Source of the DNA: Pseudomonadota bacterium
GTDB lineage: Bacteria; UBA10199; 2-02-FULL-44-16; JAAZCA01
Reading direction: 5' to 3'
Length of the DNA stretch: 36,108 bases
Assembly (NCBI GenBank): GCA_043798915.1
Contig: JAZDOG010000097.1
Span: 1 to 36,108, forward strand
Made by a program: the position numbers and the translations under genes. Below the pieces are notes generated by a model, which saw nothing but the letters and a program-made list of their open reading frames with translations, was not told the origin of the DNA and searched no databases. Positions 35,068 to 36,108 of this stretch are shown here, in pieces (the first letter of the stretch is position 1; each line of letters opens with the position of its first letter).

Positions 35068-36108
35068 ATGCAGCAACAAAGGCGATCAGTTTTTTTGAAG
35101 ATTTTTCTGCTGATGTTGATAAGCAGTGCTGGGCCCTGTTTGCTTATGGGTATTTACGAGCTTATCAGATTTCATAAGGTTATCTATGGCAAAGGGAATC
35201 CTCTGATGATGGCTATAGGTTGTAGTATCCTTCTGTCAGTTATTATGGCGGGGTTCATAACACAAGATATCGTATCTCCCATAAGGACACTCCTCCTTGC
35301 AATTAGGGAGTATACCACAAAGAAGGTCAATCCACGTATCAGCTTTGCTCAACGTAATGATGAGTTCGGATATTTATTTGAAGAGTACGAAAAAATGATC
35401 GCAGATATCTCGTCTTATCAATATAAAATTACACAAAGTGCCCGCCTTGCTGCTATCGGCCAATCAACCGCCATGGTCGCTCATGACGTTCGCAAGCCGC
35501 TGGCGAGCATGAAGGCACTGCTCACTTCATTGCCATCGATTCAGGACGATCCGGAGCAGGTCAAGAGGATGATAACTGCTGTGGATCGCAATATTTCCCA
35601 GACGAACATGATGCTCAACGATATATTGGAGTTTTCGAAAGACTCCACGTCTCTCAATATCGAGGATGCAAGTCCCCAAAGTGTCATCACCTCCGCACTA
35701 GCCGACGCTCTTCGGAACCATGAGGGATCGAGCGTGACGATAGATTATAATTTGACACATAAGCGCAGCTTGCGCGTGGATGCGCCGCGGATCAGCCGGG
35801 TTCTCACAAACCTTATCGACAACGCGCTGGATGCCATGACGCCCCGCGGCGGCACGGCAGCCGGTTCTCTCGAAGTCGACACAGTTGAGTGTTTAAACGA
35901 CGGCAAGAAGACGCTGATCATTAAGGTCACCGACAGCGGCCCGGGGATTCCTGAAGACCTGCTGCCTAAAATATTCGATCCATTCTTTTCACACGGGAAA
36001 CAAGGTGGCAGCGGGCTTGGGCTGGCCATCAGCCAAAGGATCATCAGTTTGCACGGTGGAACAATCAGGGCGAAGAACAGGAAAGGCAAAAGCGGCGCTG
36101 AATTCATG
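35068..36108 (+). CDS. HAMP-domain sensor histidine kinase (3' partial; not in ORF track)
   Basis: Hand translation from ATG 35068 stays open to the window end. Two TM helices with a short loop, HAMP (IVSPIRTL...RNDEFGYL), H-box MVAHDVRKPL, N-box VLTNLIDNALDAM, G1 VTDSGPGI, F IFDPFFS, G2 GSGLGLAIS. Confidence 0.93.
   Translation, partial: MQQQRRSVFLKIFLLMLISSAGPCLLMGIYELIRFHKVIYGKGNPLMMAIGCSILLSVIMAGFITQDIVSPIRTLLLAIREYTTKKVNPRISFAQRNDEFGYLFEEYEKMIADISSYQYKITQSARLAAIGQSTAMVAHDVRKPLASMKALLTSLPSIQDDPEQVKRMITAVDRNISQTNMMLNDILEFSKDSTSLNIEDASPQSVITSALADALRNHEGSSVTIDYNLTHKRSLRVDAPRISRVLTNLIDNALDAMTPRGGTAAGSLEVDTVECLNDGKKTLIIKVTDSGPGIPEDLLPKIFDPFFSHGKQGGSGLGLAISQRIISLHGGTIRAKNRKGKSGAEFM

Noticed and set aside
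35745..36107. Minus-strand 120-aa ORF in the track
   Set aside because: Antisense to the HATPase domain of the plus-strand kinase starting at 35068.
1..36108. CRISPR array, tRNA/rRNA, integrase, transposase or prophage
   Set aside because: No regularly spaced repeat-spacer array, no cloverleaf or rRNA-like sequence, and no recombinase, transposase or phage structural motifs recognised by eye.

Overview
Bacterial chromosomal window, mostly GC-rich. Gene content and protein style suggest a delta-proteobacterial-grade lineage such as Myxococcota, Bdellovibrionota or relatives; this is inference only. A housekeeping backbone (alpha2-type glycyl-tRNA synthetase, ppdK, smc, ftsY, Na/Pi cotransporter, coaX, ald) is interleaved with accessory genes. 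(i) A minus-strand operon encodes an orphan RND adaptor, a NAGPA-type glycosidase, a TauE/DsbD_2-type membrane protein, a small His-containing membrane protein and an AmmeMemoRadiSam system (amrS plus fused amrB-amrA) whose proteins both carry N-terminal export or anchor signals. (ii) A Fic-wHTH gene with operator-like repeats sits on a decapitated chagasin (I42) inhibitor gene. (iii) There are several secreted or lipoprotein ORFans, including a Cys-rich repeat protein and a CehA/McbA-like PHP hydrolase. (iv) At the right end, an AT-rich block spans the methyltransferase half of an effector-like fusion protein, a stand-alone MASE1-like membrane protein and the sensor half of a HAMP histidine kinase; the kinase is absent from the ORF track because it runs off the window. 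A recurrent motif ACGCAAC-N14-[G/T]CCGATA (sigma28/FliA-like -10, non-canonical -35) precedes three accessory genes, with a variant before a fourth. A consensus sigma54 site also precedes the fusion gene. Three unrelated REP-like palindrome types are present. No rRNA, tRNA, CRISPR array, integrase or transposase was seen. All family calls come from motif recognition by eye, not database searches.
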